From positions 1 to 64,000 of IMG/VR virus record IMGVR_UViG_3300042896_000714: DNA of 64,000 bases, one strand, 5' to 3'. Made by a program: the position numbers and the translations under genes. Positions 1-9,811 of this stretch are shown here, piece after piece. This stretch comes from a virus. Position 1 is the stretch's first letter. Each line of letters starts with the position of its first letter. The notes under the pieces were generated by a model. That model was not told the DNA's origin and made no database searches. It saw nothing but the letters and a program-made list of their open reading frames with translations.

Positions 1-902
1 GTATTTCAGGATACGGACAACGTGTGACTAGCACACCGGTAACAGCTGGGTCAGTAATTTCGGCGGCAAACTGGACTAGATTACGCAATGATTTAGCTAA
101 ATGCTACACTCATATTACTAATAGTCCAGTACTGAATGGTTTAGCCTCTACAAATACAAATCCTCCGTACTTGCAAGTGGTTACCTCAGGATCAACTATA
201 CTTAATGCAACCCTTTCTGCGCAATATTTGGCATTTGCAACATACTTAGACGCAAATAAATTAACAGTTAGTTCAGCGCAAGTAACTCCGAATATTCCGT
301 TAACTAGCACTATACGGACTGCTGCATGGGGAGGAGCAACTGATTCAGTTGCTCATACGGTTACTCTTACTTTTGCAGGATACACCCCAACAGGCGGCAC
401 TGCAGTTTCAGCAGCAGATCATGCCCGGGTGTTCTTCAATGCCGGTGGGTCAATTCAAATTCGTCCCACGTTGCGTGGGTATTCTGGAAGTAAGGGTACT
501 GATTGGTATAATATGCTTGCGGGTATTGGTACGCTTAATTTCAGAGGATCAGCAGTTGATATTTCTGGTACAAGAATTAATAGTCCAGGATCAGTAAACT
601 CTGATAATAATTTCAATAGTTTAACTATTGGTGGAACTGCAAAGACTATTTTAACACAAGCATCTGGTACTAGTATGTATTACGTAGAAAATCGATATAT
701 TGTGCAAGTCAGTCGGCCAACAAGTGTGACTTTATTGTTTACTGTAACTTTTCAAGATAATGATGCAGGTGATCAAAAGAACATAGGGCCTGGCGTAGAT
801 GAAGAGGTTACTGGTACGTTAACTAGCGCAGTATTGTGCACACGTCCATCAACAGCAAATATCGATGTTCCTGCACCTTCTGGAACAACAACTATTTTAT
901 AA
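1..902 (+). CDS. Virion structural/tail-fibre-associated protein (5'-partial)
   Basis: Frame is open to the window edge (ISGYGQRV before the GTG at 24); T/S/G-rich; contains an 'ARVFFNAGGSI' motif typical of tail-associated proteins of large phages. Confidence 0.55.
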   Translation, partial: ISGYGQRVTSTPVTAGSVISAANWTRLRNDLAKCYTHITNSPVLNGLASTNTNPPYLQVVTSGSTILNATLSAQYLAFATYLDANKLTVSSAQVTPNIPLTSTIRTAAWGGATDSVAHTVTLTFAGYTPTGGTAVSAADHARVFFNAGGSIQIRPTLRGYSGSKGTDWYNMLAGIGTLNFRGSAVDISGTRINSPGSVNSDNNFNSLTIGGTAKTILTQASGTSMYYVENRYIVQVSRPTSVTLLFTVTFQDNDAGDQKNIGPGVDEEVTGTLTSAVLCTRPSTANIDVPAPSGTTTIL

Positions 903-919
903 TTATTTTATTAAAATGC

Positions 920-960
920 TTGTAATCTCTTAGGGTATATAGTATAATGTACGCTAAGAG
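920..960 (+). promoter_or_regulatory. Sigma70-like promoter embedded in a hairpin that covers the downstream RBS
   Basis: TTGTAA(920)-17 nt-TATAAT(943); arms CTCTTAG(927-933)/CTAAGAG(954-960). Confidence 0.6.
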
Positions 961-966
961 GTACTA

Positions 967-1317
967 ATGAAAGATAAAATTCAAAAAGCATTTGATGCCG
1001 CACATTTAATGGCGGTTTTATCAAGTCAAAAACAAATATTAAAAGAAGAATTCACTCAAAGTTTATGTTATTTTGAGCACGGTGGATGTTTTACTGTATC
1101 AAAAGAGTTGATTAACTTTTTAAAGACACTCAAAGACTTCGATCAAGTTACTGATGTAATTTTGATTGATGATAATCAAACCCCAATTACTATTCCTAAT
1201 TTAGCTGACTTTTTTGAAAAAGTCATGGCTAGGTATTTCGAATCAGTTAATGCTTATTACACAAAGTATGCTACTTTAACAAAAAATAGAACAATTGAAG
1301 GCATTATTAATCTATGA
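967..1317 (+). CDS. Hypothetical protein
   Basis: 116-aa ORF with GAGGT SD; ATGA overlap with the next gene. Confidence 0.7.
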   Translation: MKDKIQKAFDAAHLMAVLSSQKQILKEEFTQSLCYFEHGGCFTVSKELINFLKTLKDFDQVTDVILIDDNQTPITIPNLADFFEKVMARYFESVNAYYTKYATLTKNRTIEGIINL

Positions 1318-2144
1318 AAAAGGGTGCATTACTTTTTGCGTTAAACAATTCTGAGATTGAATACACGAAATTGGCAGTATACTGTGCTAAACAGATACAT
1401 AAACATTTAAATATTCCAGTTTCATTAGTTACTGATTCAAACTCGGCAGCTCAAATTCAAGATCGATCAGTATTTGATCAAATCATTGAAATCGAAAATG
1501 AAAAATACATTCAAAAGCGATTTAATAATGGCAATGATTTACACGCAAAAACTCTGTGGAAAAATTCTCATAGAAATGACAGCTTTAAATTAACGCCATA
1601 CGATGAAACCTTAGTCGTTGACGTTGACGTAGTGATAAATTCTAATATACTGCTTCATTCGTGGGAACAGCCTCATGATTTTTTAATTTATAGAAAATCA
1701 TTTGATTTAGCACCATGGCGGGATAATTCTGAGTTTACAACTATAAGTGACTATTCAATTCCGTTTTATTGGGCCACTACTTTTTGGTTTAGAAAAACAG
1801 AAAATGTTAGTTATTTGTTTGAGTTGGTTGATCATATAAAAGAAAATTGGCAATACTACAAATTTCTTTATCAAATTCATAGTCATACGTTTAGAAACGA
1901 CTATGCCTTTAGTATTGCAATCCACATGATGAATGGATTTGTTGATGGTGATTTTGCAAAACGATTACCGGGAAAAATGTACTACACTTTGGATATTGAT
2001 TACTTTATCAAACAACAGGAAAACAGTTTATATTTTTTAATACAAAAAGAAAATTCAACTGACTATATTCCGTTAAAAATTGATAATATTGATATTCACG
2101 TTATGAACAAATATAGCTTACTAAAGGTAATTGAAAATGAGTAA
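1314..2144 (+). CDS. GT-A fold nucleotide-diphospho-sugar transferase-like protein
   Basis: N-terminal GALLFA strand; 'TPYDETLVVDVD' DxD motif; late D (RND) and H (IHVMNK) residues. Confidence 0.65.
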   Translation: MKKGALLFALNNSEIEYTKLAVYCAKQIHKHLNIPVSLVTDSNSAAQIQDRSVFDQIIEIENEKYIQKRFNNGNDLHAKTLWKNSHRNDSFKLTPYDETLVVDVDVVINSNILLHSWEQPHDFLIYRKSFDLAPWRDNSEFTTISDYSIPFYWATTFWFRKTENVSYLFELVDHIKENWQYYKFLYQIHSHTFRNDYAFSIAIHMMNGFVDGDFAKRLPGKMYYTLDIDYFIKQQENSLYFLIQKENSTDYIPLKIDNIDIHVMNKYSLLKVIENE

Positions 2145-2973
2145 GGGACATGTCTTCTTAGCACAAAATAGCAGTATAGACTACGTACGGCAAGCATACG
2201 CGTTGGCGTTAAGTATTAAACTAAACAATCCGGTGTATAATCAAACTTGTTTAATTACTAACGATGCCGTTCCTGAAGAATACAAGTATGCATTTGATTA
2301 CATTGTTCCTATTCCGTGGGAAGAATTGGCTAAAGATTCTAGTTGGAAAATTGAAAATCGTTGGAAAACGATCTATGCCAGCCCCTTTGATGAAAACTTG
2401 GTGTACGATGTTGATATGTTATTACTGCATTCTAACGATGGTTGGTGGGATAGGTTAGTTAATAAGGATTTATGTTTTACTACTAATGTACTCACGTATC
2501 GTGGAGCAACGGTTACTAACGATTTTTATAGAAAAACCTTTACAGCCAATAATTTATGCAATGTTTACACTGGGTGTTTTTATTACAAAAAATCAAAACG
2601 TGCATTTGAATTTTTTAAATGGCTAGAACTTATTGTTACTAATTATAAGCAAATTTATAAAGACCACTTAAAGAAAACCCCCCAGAAATTTTGCAGTATA
2701 GATGTAAGTGCAGCACTTGCGCTTAAATTTATGGATTACGAATCAGAAGCTAGTGATCCGGCATTAACCTTTATTCATATGAAATCAGAAATTCAAGGTT
2801 GGAAGTATTCAGTTCCAAAATGGACAAGTGTGTTGGGTAACTTTTTAGATCTGAATATTAATTTGAATGTTGGAAATTTCCAACAACACGGGTTATTTCA
2901 TTATGTTGAAGATGAATTTTTAATCAGTGACCACGTTATGTTATTAGAAAGTGCATATGCTAAATCAAGATGA
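2137..2973 (+). CDS. GT-A fold glycosyltransferase-like protein (paralog of the preceding gene)
   Basis: 'SPFDENLVYDVD' DxD motif and 'FIHMK'; same architecture as 1314..2144. Confidence 0.65.
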   Translation: MSKGHVFLAQNSSIDYVRQAYALALSIKLNNPVYNQTCLITNDAVPEEYKYAFDYIVPIPWEELAKDSSWKIENRWKTIYASPFDENLVYDVDMLLLHSNDGWWDRLVNKDLCFTTNVLTYRGATVTNDFYRKTFTANNLCNVYTGCFYYKKSKRAFEFFKWLELIVTNYKQIYKDHLKKTPQKFCSIDVSAALALKFMDYESEASDPALTFIHMKSEIQGWKYSVPKWTSVLGNFLDLNINLNVGNFQQHGLFHYVEDEFLISDHVMLLESAYAKSR

Positions 2974-3553
2974 AGATGCAGAAATTGTAGAGGTATATTC
3001 AGGACAAGTTTGCAATAATTTCTTTGTTCATTATGACGATACAGGACAGGTATATCTACTAAGTACATGCAGGGATGAAATGTTAAAAAATCTTGAAATT
3101 AGTGTGGACTTAATTCAAAGTTTTTTGGCAGGTAAAAAAAGTTGCAAAGACTATTCAATTGAATATTTTATTGAAATTAAAGATGGTACGATATTAGATA
3201 CTGACGAGACTGTAGACTTAATTAAATCTGAATTTGTATTCCTTAATGTACCAATTGACGATGCTGTTACTGAACTTACTTTTGAGTATAATGTTGCTAA
3301 ACAGTCTTGGATAATTATACCTGGAATTGGATTAACTAATAGACTACTTGCGATGCCACGCATTTCATTCTATATTTGTAAAAAGAACAACCCATATTTT
3401 TTGTATGCTTCGTATTTTTTAGATCCCGCTCAGTTAGTAAACGGTCCAATGGAAATACCATTTACAACAAAGATTGAAGAAACCCTGTCGAAAATTTCCG
3501 TAATGACATTGAAAAAATTTAGATCGTATAGCATTAGGACAAATGATGAGTAA
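2951..3553 (+). CDS. Hypothetical protein
   Basis: 200-aa ORF overlapping its neighbours in the operon; exact start uncertain. Confidence 0.6.
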   Translation: MHMLNQDEDAEIVEVYSGQVCNNFFVHYDDTGQVYLLSTCRDEMLKNLEISVDLIQSFLAGKKSCKDYSIEYFIEIKDGTILDTDETVDLIKSEFVFLNVPIDDAVTELTFEYNVAKQSWIIIPGIGLTNRLLAMPRISFYICKKNNPYFLYASYFLDPAQLVNGPMEIPFTTKIEETLSKISVMTLKKFRSYSIRTNDE

Positions 3554-4454
3554 AATAATTAAAGTAGTAGATCAAGATATTGTTTTTTTAAGTTATGATG
3601 AGCCAAACGCTGAAAAAAACTATGCCGACTTACTAAAAAAAGTGCCGTGGGCCAAACGAGTTCACGGGGTTGAGGGATCAGACGCTGCACATAAGGCATG
3701 CGCAGCAAAAAGTGATACAGAATATTTTGTTACTGTTGATGCTGATAATATTGTTGATCCTAAGTTTTTTCAAGTTGAGGTTGACTTAGATAATTTAGGA
3801 TTAACTGACGATCATGTATTCAGTTGGACTGGAAAAGTGCATGTTAACAATTTAATGTATGGCAATGGCGGTCTTAAAATGTGGACACGCAAGTTTGTTA
3901 ATGAAATGAAAACTCATGAAAATTCAGATCCTGCTGATACTAAGGGATTAGTTGAATTTTGTTTCAATAATAAGTATTACCAATTTAATAAGAGTTTTTC
4001 AACCAGCTACACTAATGCAACACCGTTTCAAGCATGGCGGGCCGGTTTCCGAGAAGGTGTAAAAATGAGTCTTAATGAGGGAGACAAAACTACAGATATT
4101 AAAAAAGTTTGGTGGCAAAATTATCAACGTCTATTAGTGTGGTGCTCGGTTGGCGCCGATGTAGAAAACGGCCTTTGGTCTATATTAGGAGCAAGGGAAG
4201 GTTGCTATAAAACAAACTGTACAGATTGGGATTATGCTAATGTTAGAGATTTTACATGGTTAACTAACTATTGGAAATCTGAACATGCAGCATATGATGC
4301 CGATATTGCCCGCACTAAATCTATAATTACTGACCTAGGTGAAGAACTACGTAGACAATTAGATTTAGAAATTGGCGAAATAGATGCTAATTCATCTAAG
4401 TTTTTTAAACAGGTATTTGTGAATACTGACCGAATGTTAAATCGAGAAAGATAA
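3543..4454 (+). CDS. GT-A (GT2-like) glycosyltransferase-like protein
   Basis: 'DIVFLSYDEP...VHGVEG..AAHKACA...FVTVDADN' with a DxD motif. Confidence 0.65.
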   Translation: MMSKIIKVVDQDIVFLSYDEPNAEKNYADLLKKVPWAKRVHGVEGSDAAHKACAAKSDTEYFVTVDADNIVDPKFFQVEVDLDNLGLTDDHVFSWTGKVHVNNLMYGNGGLKMWTRKFVNEMKTHENSDPADTKGLVEFCFNNKYYQFNKSFSTSYTNATPFQAWRAGFREGVKMSLNEGDKTTDIKKVWWQNYQRLLVWCSVGADVENGLWSILGAREGCYKTNCTDWDYANVRDFTWLTNYWKSEHAAYDADIARTKSIITDLGEELRRQLDLEIGEIDANSSKFFKQVFVNTDRMLNRER

Positions 4455-4456
4455 TA

Positions 4457-5755
4457 ATGTACGACATATTTTATATCGGAACACGAGACGATAATCTAGA
4501 ACAATTAAAAACTCGTTTTCCGTTAGTTAAACTGGCTAGTACCTTTGCTGATGCAAAGCACAGATCACTTACGAAAATGTTTTGGTTAGTATGGAATGAT
4601 GTAGTTCCTTTAGATGAGTTTACGTTTGAGTATGATGTCCCAGCTTGGGATCAACAATTTATTCACGTATTTAAAAATGGAGGACATTACGACGGTATTT
4701 GTTTAGCATCGAAGACTGCTCAAGTTTCTGATCGCGAGCTCAAATATCGATTCTTTATTAAAAAGAAAGAAGTTGAAATTCAAGCTAGCAAGCCCAGATT
4801 ATACGATATCTTTTATATTGACACTTACGAGGAATATCAAGAAGCGTTGCAAAACTCTATAACTGAAATGTTTTGGATGACTAGTTACTCACTGGTAGTA
4901 TCTCCTGATTTTAAGTTTGACCTGTATTTTAGTCATTCTGATACTGCTGATAGGGAGCAAACTCATTCGTTCATTCATCGGGGAGATAACGGGGATAGTC
5001 ACAATGGCATCTTTTTGTGCAGTAAACTTGCTCCTATGAGCAAGCGTGAAGTAGAATTTAGATTTCCAATTCATCGAAGGGAATGGGACATTGTAGCTAG
5101 TACTCCAACAAAATATTCAAAATTCTCTGGATTTGTTAGAACTTACGAAGATTATAAAAATGCGCTTACTAGTAGTTTAACTGAACTATTTTGGGTTATA
5201 CCTAATGATGTTAACTTAAATCCTGAATTTCCCTTTACTACGTATTTCTCGCACGATAACGAATTTGATCGTAAGATTAATCACGTGTTTAAAAATGGAG
5301 ATTACTATGATGGGGTAATGCTGTTAAGCAAACATAGTCCAATTTCGGAAAGAGAATTTAAATATAGGTTTCTAACCAATAAAAAGGATTGGGATATAGA
5401 AGCAAGTACACCGAAAAAATATGATATCTTTTACATTGATACATATAAAGAATATCAAGAAGCTTGTGATAAGTCATCAACTGACTTATTTTGGATGACT
5501 AGCAGAAATTTAGCAACTGCCTTTGATTTTAACTTTGATTTGTATTTTAGCCACCATAATACTTACGATCGAAACCAAAATCATGCGTTTAAACACCGTG
5601 TAAATGGTACTGATAGTTATAATGGGATTTTTTTATGCAGCAAAGCTGCTCCATTAAGTAAACGAGAAATAGAATATCGAACTTTTTTGGTACGAAAAGA
5701 ATGGGATATAGTGGCAAGTGGACCAGTAATTTATCAGCAATATGCAGCCAATTAA
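4457..5755 (+). CDS. Tandem-repeat glycosyltransferase-like protein, N-terminal part (four ~105-aa repeats)
   Basis: Repeated YDIFYI..FW..F.F..SH...H.F.NG..YDG..L.SK..RE..RF..KE units. Confidence 0.65.
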   Translation: MYDIFYIGTRDDNLEQLKTRFPLVKLASTFADAKHRSLTKMFWLVWNDVVPLDEFTFEYDVPAWDQQFIHVFKNGGHYDGICLASKTAQVSDRELKYRFFIKKKEVEIQASKPRLYDIFYIDTYEEYQEALQNSITEMFWMTSYSLVVSPDFKFDLYFSHSDTADREQTHSFIHRGDNGDSHNGIFLCSKLAPMSKREVEFRFPIHRREWDIVASTPTKYSKFSGFVRTYEDYKNALTSSLTELFWVIPNDVNLNPEFPFTTYFSHDNEFDRKINHVFKNGDYYDGVMLLSKHSPISEREFKYRFLTNKKDWDIEASTPKKYDIFYIDTYKEYQEACDKSSTDLFWMTSRNLATAFDFNFDLYFSHHNTYDRNQNHAFKHRVNGTDSYNGIFLCSKAAPLSKREIEYRTFLVRKEWDIVASGPVIYQQYAAN

Positions 5756-6701
5756 AACATACGAAGATTATGTAAGAGCTTTGAAGGAATCACCCACGGA
5801 AATGTTTTGGGTGATTCCTGATGATGTAATCGTATCTCCTGATTTTAAGTTTGACATATACTTCTCTCACGATAATGAATACGATCGTAAAATAAATCAT
5901 GTGTTCTTAAATGGGCAATATTACGATGGTCTGATGTTAATGAGTAAGCATAAGCCTGTGAGCACGCGGGAATTCAATAGCCGATTTTTAATTGAAAGAA
6001 AAGAGTGGCCGTTGCAAGTAAGCAACCCAAAACCAAAATTATACGATATCATATTCATCAGTTATAATGAGCCAACTGCAGATGCTAATTTTGCAGCTTT
6101 GCAGGGTAAGCATCCTAAAGCTAAACGGGTGCACGGAATTAAAGGAATCCATAACGCACATATTAAAGCAGCCGAATTATCGGAAACTTCATTATTTTGG
6201 GTAGTAGATGGTGATGCAATAATCCTTGATAATTTTAACTTTGATTACCACGTTCCAACTTGGGATAACGATACAGTGCATGTTTGGAGAAGCAAGAATC
6301 CAATCAATGATTTGGAATACGGATATGGTGGAGTCAAACTACTACCAAGAGAATTAACATTAAACATGGATACGACCTCCACTGATATGACAACTAGCAT
6401 TAGTAATAGTTTTAAAATCATGGATGGTGTAAGTAATGTTACAGCATTTAATACTGATCCATTCAATACATGGAAATCGGCATTTAGAGAATGTGTTAAG
6501 TTAGGTAGTGGAGCAATTGCTAGGGCAGATACTGCATCCCTAGCACGTTATAACACGTGGGCAACAGTGGGCGCTGACAGGGTATTTGGGCAGTATGCTA
6601 TACAAGGTGCTAAAGATGCACTGGTGTTTATAGATAGCAAACAAGATATTAAGTTAATTAATGACTTTGATTGGTTACACGATCAATTTAACAATCAATA
6701 A
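5742..6701 (+). CDS. Glycosyltransferase-like protein, C-terminal part (fifth repeat plus complete GT-A domain); probably a frameshifted continuation of 4457..5755
   Basis: Starts mid-repeat (IKTYEDY); the C-terminal domain is paralogous to 3543..4454 (SYNEP, VHGIKG, VDGDA). Confidence 0.65.
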   Translation: MQPIKTYEDYVRALKESPTEMFWVIPDDVIVSPDFKFDIYFSHDNEYDRKINHVFLNGQYYDGLMLMSKHKPVSTREFNSRFLIERKEWPLQVSNPKPKLYDIIFISYNEPTADANFAALQGKHPKAKRVHGIKGIHNAHIKAAELSETSLFWVVDGDAIILDNFNFDYHVPTWDNDTVHVWRSKNPINDLEYGYGGVKLLPRELTLNMDTTSTDMTTSISNSFKIMDGVSNVTAFNTDPFNTWKSAFRECVKLGSGAIARADTASLARYNTWATVGADRVFGQYAIQGAKDALVFIDSKQDIKLINDFDWLHDQFNNQ

Positions 6702-6723
6702 AAAAGCCCCGTTTGGGGCTTTT
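6700..6723. terminator. Bidirectional rho-independent terminator
   Basis: AAAAAAGCCCC-gttt-GGGGCTTTTT between convergent genes. Confidence 0.85.
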
Positions 6724-6724
6724 C

Positions 6725-8395
6725 TTATACAGCCATTACAGCTTCAATTGCTGAATGCGGGTCATATTCGTCTAGTTTAAAATCATTCATTGTATACTGA
6801 TCGAATTTTTTGTCGGTAGCCATAACTAGTGTAGGTAATGCACGTTCTTCCCTGCTTAATTGCGTATTTACAGCATCAAAGTGATTGTTGTAAATGTGGC
6901 AATCGCCACCAGTCCAAATAAAGTCACCTACTTCTAAATTGCATTCTTTAGCAATAATGTGAGTAAGCAAGCTATAACTGGCAATATTAAAGGGGACGCC
7001 CAAAAACATGTCACAGCTACGTTGATATAATTGGCAGCTTAATTTGCCATCAGTGACATCGAATTGGCTCATAACATGACACGGTGGCAAAGCCATTTGG
7101 TCCAGTTCTCCAGGATTCCAAGCAGTCATAATATGTCGACGACCGTTAGGATCCTTTTTAATACCTTCAATTAAGTTTGCAAGCTGATCAATAAAGAATT
7201 GTTGCCTCCATTTATATCCAGGCGGAGCCTCTTCTTTTTCAAACTTCCAAATTCGAGTTTCGCCGTTTTGTTTAAGGAAAGCCCGATCAACTAATCCATT
7301 AGTATTTGTGTGTTTATTAAACAGTGCCGGTGATGTAAACTTAAAAATTTCACCGGTTTGTTTGTTAGTTGCAGTGTATAGTTTTCCATTATTTGTAGAG
7401 TTAGTCAAAATATACATATTATACCAACTTGGTAAAAAAATAGTGGTACTTCTTCCGTAAAAATTATTACCGAAATAATCTTTGTCTAAATCAAACGTCG
7501 ACGGATTGTCTCTCCATTTGTCGAAACCGACTATTCCATGTATATCTCTATAAAAATTGCTGAAACACCGCCACTCAGACTCAACAAACACACCTTGCTG
7601 TTTATAATATATTGTTTTAACAGGATGATCTCCGTGGCATCGCTCCATCATATTTAACCATAGATTATATGTTTTTGTGAGGTAAGGAGATCTCTTAGTA
7701 ATAATTCCATAACACCCGTGTCCTGATGCTGCTAGCATTGCGTACGGATTTTTTACAGTGCCGGATTTAATATTAGGGCGAGAACATTCAACAATTGTTT
7801 TAATGCCAGTCAAAAACTGTACACGATAATATCCATTGCCATTTCTTGTCGACAGTTTCTTTAGAACTAATAGATCGCCGCACTGTGTTGTTGGAAATAC
7901 TTTGCCGACAAAATCATCTGTATTATCCAAAATAGGGCGTTCAGCCGGGAACTCTTTATAGAAAGGAGCATTAATGCCAACTTTACTGCCTTGTTCGATT
8001 AACGCAACTGATTCAGTCCACGTGTTGTATGCATTCCATTTACGCCATTGGTATCCGTAAACCTTTTGTAGGTCACCTTCGAACTTAGCTCGATTTTTCC
8101 AGTAATCGGCCTTAGCATTACTAGTCCAAATAGTCGTCTTTGCAGCGTCACGAGTTCCATGTAATATTTCAGAGAGTCTTCGTTCATCGCCACTTCCTTC
8201 AATAAACCAAAGTAGCTCACTAACTACGCTTTTCCAAGCAAGCCTTTTAGTTGTAGTTGCAGGAAATCCTGCTTGTAAATCAAACCGCATTTGGTAACCA
8301 AATACACTTCGTGTACCTACGCCAGTACGATCCGCTTTATCCTTTCCGTTGGCTAAAATGTGTTCAAGGGCTTGTCGGAATTGCTTCATATTCAT
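6725..8395 (-). CDS. thyA: Thymidylate synthase with a large in-frame insertion
   Basis: [24 protein letters not shown]...RRHI, catalytic [28 protein letters not shown]; 556 aa versus ~265-300 aa typical. Confidence 0.95.
   Translation of the reverse strand: MNMKQFRQALEHILANGKDKADRTGVGTRSVFGYQMRFDLQAGFPATTTKRLAWKSVVSELLWFIEGSGDERRLSEILHGTRDAAKTTIWTSNAKADYWKNRAKFEGDLQKVYGYQWRKWNAYNTWTESVALIEQGSKVGINAPFYKEFPAERPILDNTDDFVGKVFPTTQCGDLLVLKKLSTRNGNGYYRVQFLTGIKTIVECSRPNIKSGTVKNPYAMLAASGHGCYGIITKRSPYLTKTYNLWLNMMERCHGDHPVKTIYYKQQGVFVESEWRCFSNFYRDIHGIVGFDKWRDNPSTFDLDKDYFGNNFYGRSTTIFLPSWYNMYILTNSTNNGKLYTATNKQTGEIFKFTSPALFNKHTNTNGLVDRAFLKQNGETRIWKFEKEEAPPGYKWRQQFFIDQLANLIEGIKKDPNGRRHIMTAWNPGELDQMALPPCHVMSQFDVTDGKLSCQLYQRSCDMFLGVPFNIASYSLLTHIIAKECNLEVGDFIWTGGDCHIYNNHFDAVNTQLSREERALPTLVMATDKKFDQYTMNDFKLDEYDPHSAIEAVMAV
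7195..8030 (-). mobile_element. In-frame HNH-type homing endonuclease module inside thyA
   Basis: [11 protein letters not shown]...Y...[17 protein letters not shown]...[11 protein letters not shown]...T.FLP...N His-Me-finger signature plus a C-terminal NUMOD1-like [14 protein letters not shown] segment; boundaries approximate. Confidence 0.75.
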
Positions 8396-8858
8396 TTATC
8401 TCACAAGTTTCTAATTTTTTTAAATCAACCATTTGAAATCCAACTAAGAATTTATCAATATCAATAGCGGTATCACAATGATACTCTCCTGGTATTCGTG
8501 TAATAAATATTTTTTGTAAAATAGGAATAGTCTGCATTAGCAAGTTAGGCCCACCGATAACAAATATATCTAAATCAGGGTATGTTTCTTGGATTGACAA
8601 TAATCCATCACATACATCTCCGCGAAGTTGCAGTATATCTTCGCGATCAATAAAGTTGTTAGTTACTAGTACGTTTAGTCTATTTGGCAACGGAACTGGC
8701 ATGTCAGTGCATTCCCACGTTTTCTTACCCATTACAACTAGTTGATGTTCAGTAAGGCTTTTAAACCATTGCATGTCTTCTTTATTACGAGGCCAAGGCA
8801 TAGAACCATCAAATCCCATGCCGCCTTTTTCATCGATTGCAAATAGTGCAATTATCAT
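8364..8858 (-). CDS. folA: Dihydrofolate reductase
   Basis: [42 protein letters not shown] motifs. Confidence 0.93.
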   Translation of the reverse strand: MIIALFAIDEKGGMGFDGSMPWPRNKEDMQWFKSLTEHQLVVMGKKTWECTDMPVPLPNRLNVLVTNNFIDREDILQLRGDVCDGLLSIQETYPDLDIFVIGGPNLLMQTIPILQKIFITRIPGEYHCDTAIDIDKFLVGFQMVDLKKLETCEINEYEAIPTSP

Positions 8859-9175
8859 CTTAGTTTTTTTTGTTTAAGAAATTTTTTAGTTTTGGACGTT
8901 ATGTCTTTTTTAATTCGATCAGTATCTAATTTAAAATCAATATTTTCAATTTCCGATTCATAAGTGGATACTATCTCTTTTAATTGCGCTTCAATAGCTT
9001 CCCAACTATCAATATTTGGAAGTTTGTTGATTGTTATTTCCCACACCTTTGTGTTTTTAAAATGCAAACTAATGGCCTGCAAGTATATTAACGGAACTAC
9101 GGTTAACGTAATTTCGCCAAATACTTCAGGCCAGAAGTCAATCATTTCTTTGGGAAGAGTTTTCCCAGATATCAC
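8855..9175 (-). CDS. Hypothetical protein
   Basis: 106-aa ORF with 4-nt overlaps on both sides. Confidence 0.7.
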   Translation of the reverse strand: MISGKTLPKEMIDFWPEVFGEITLTVVPLIYLQAISLHFKNTKVWEITINKLPNIDSWEAIEAQLKEIVSTYESEIENIDFKLDTDRIKKDITSKTKKFLKQKKLR

Positions 9176-9807
9176 GTTTCTGTCTTTTCTTTCTTTTTAA
9201 CAGTCGGGAAAAGCTCTTCTGCTTGGCGCCGCATATCTGCAGCTTGCTTACTTAATCGATCAGCATCGCTACGGAATCGTTTTGCTTGGTCTTCAGGAGT
9301 AAGATTTTCTACTACTAGTTGTACGTCTTCAGTTACTGCACTTGATGTAGTTTTAGCTGACGGATTTAGATCTTTAATTCGAGCAAGTTCAGTTACTTCG
9401 ACATTTGCCTCTTTGACTGGATTCTTAACAGCCAATTCATCAACTGCGACGCCGAGTTGCTCGGCAATCATTTGATTTAATTCACTAAGTAGTACACTTG
9501 TGCTAAAATTGGGGGTCATCTCAACTTGATCAGTTGAAACTTTTAATAGTTTACCTTGTGCATGTAATGCTGGAAGCATTGTGCTTCCGTCTGGAAACTT
9601 AGACCTTGCAAGCACTTCTGCAAATTCGTTTGCGTTTTGACTTGCAGTAGTTTCAACTGCTTGAATAATTGCGTCATGATTTAAATCTGACAGATTTTCA
9701 GTAGCAACGACTAGACAATTATATGCTTCTCCTGGCAACGTTCTAAAAACCACAAGCACTTTACGGCCAGTGGTTTTTAGACGGCCAACGTGTTTAATAT
9801 CGGCCAT
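9172..9807 (-). CDS. Hypothetical protein
   Basis: 211-aa ORF with GGAG SD and a C-terminal coiled coil. Confidence 0.75.
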   Translation of the reverse strand: MADIKHVGRLKTTGRKVLVVFRTLPGEAYNCLVVATENLSDLNHDAIIQAVETTASQNANEFAEVLARSKFPDGSTMLPALHAQGKLLKVSTDQVEMTPNFSTSVLLSELNQMIAEQLGVAVDELAVKNPVKEANVEVTELARIKDLNPSAKTTSSAVTEDVQLVVENLTPEDQAKRFRSDADRLSKQAADMRRQAEELFPTVKKKEKTET

Positions 9808-9811
9808 TGTG

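Noticed and set aside
7195-8030. Intein or group I intron as the explanation of the thyA insertion
   Set aside because: No intein terminal residues (C/S start, HN followed by C/S/T) or Hint motifs at the junctions; the segment is fully coding and in frame, with no recognisable intron core
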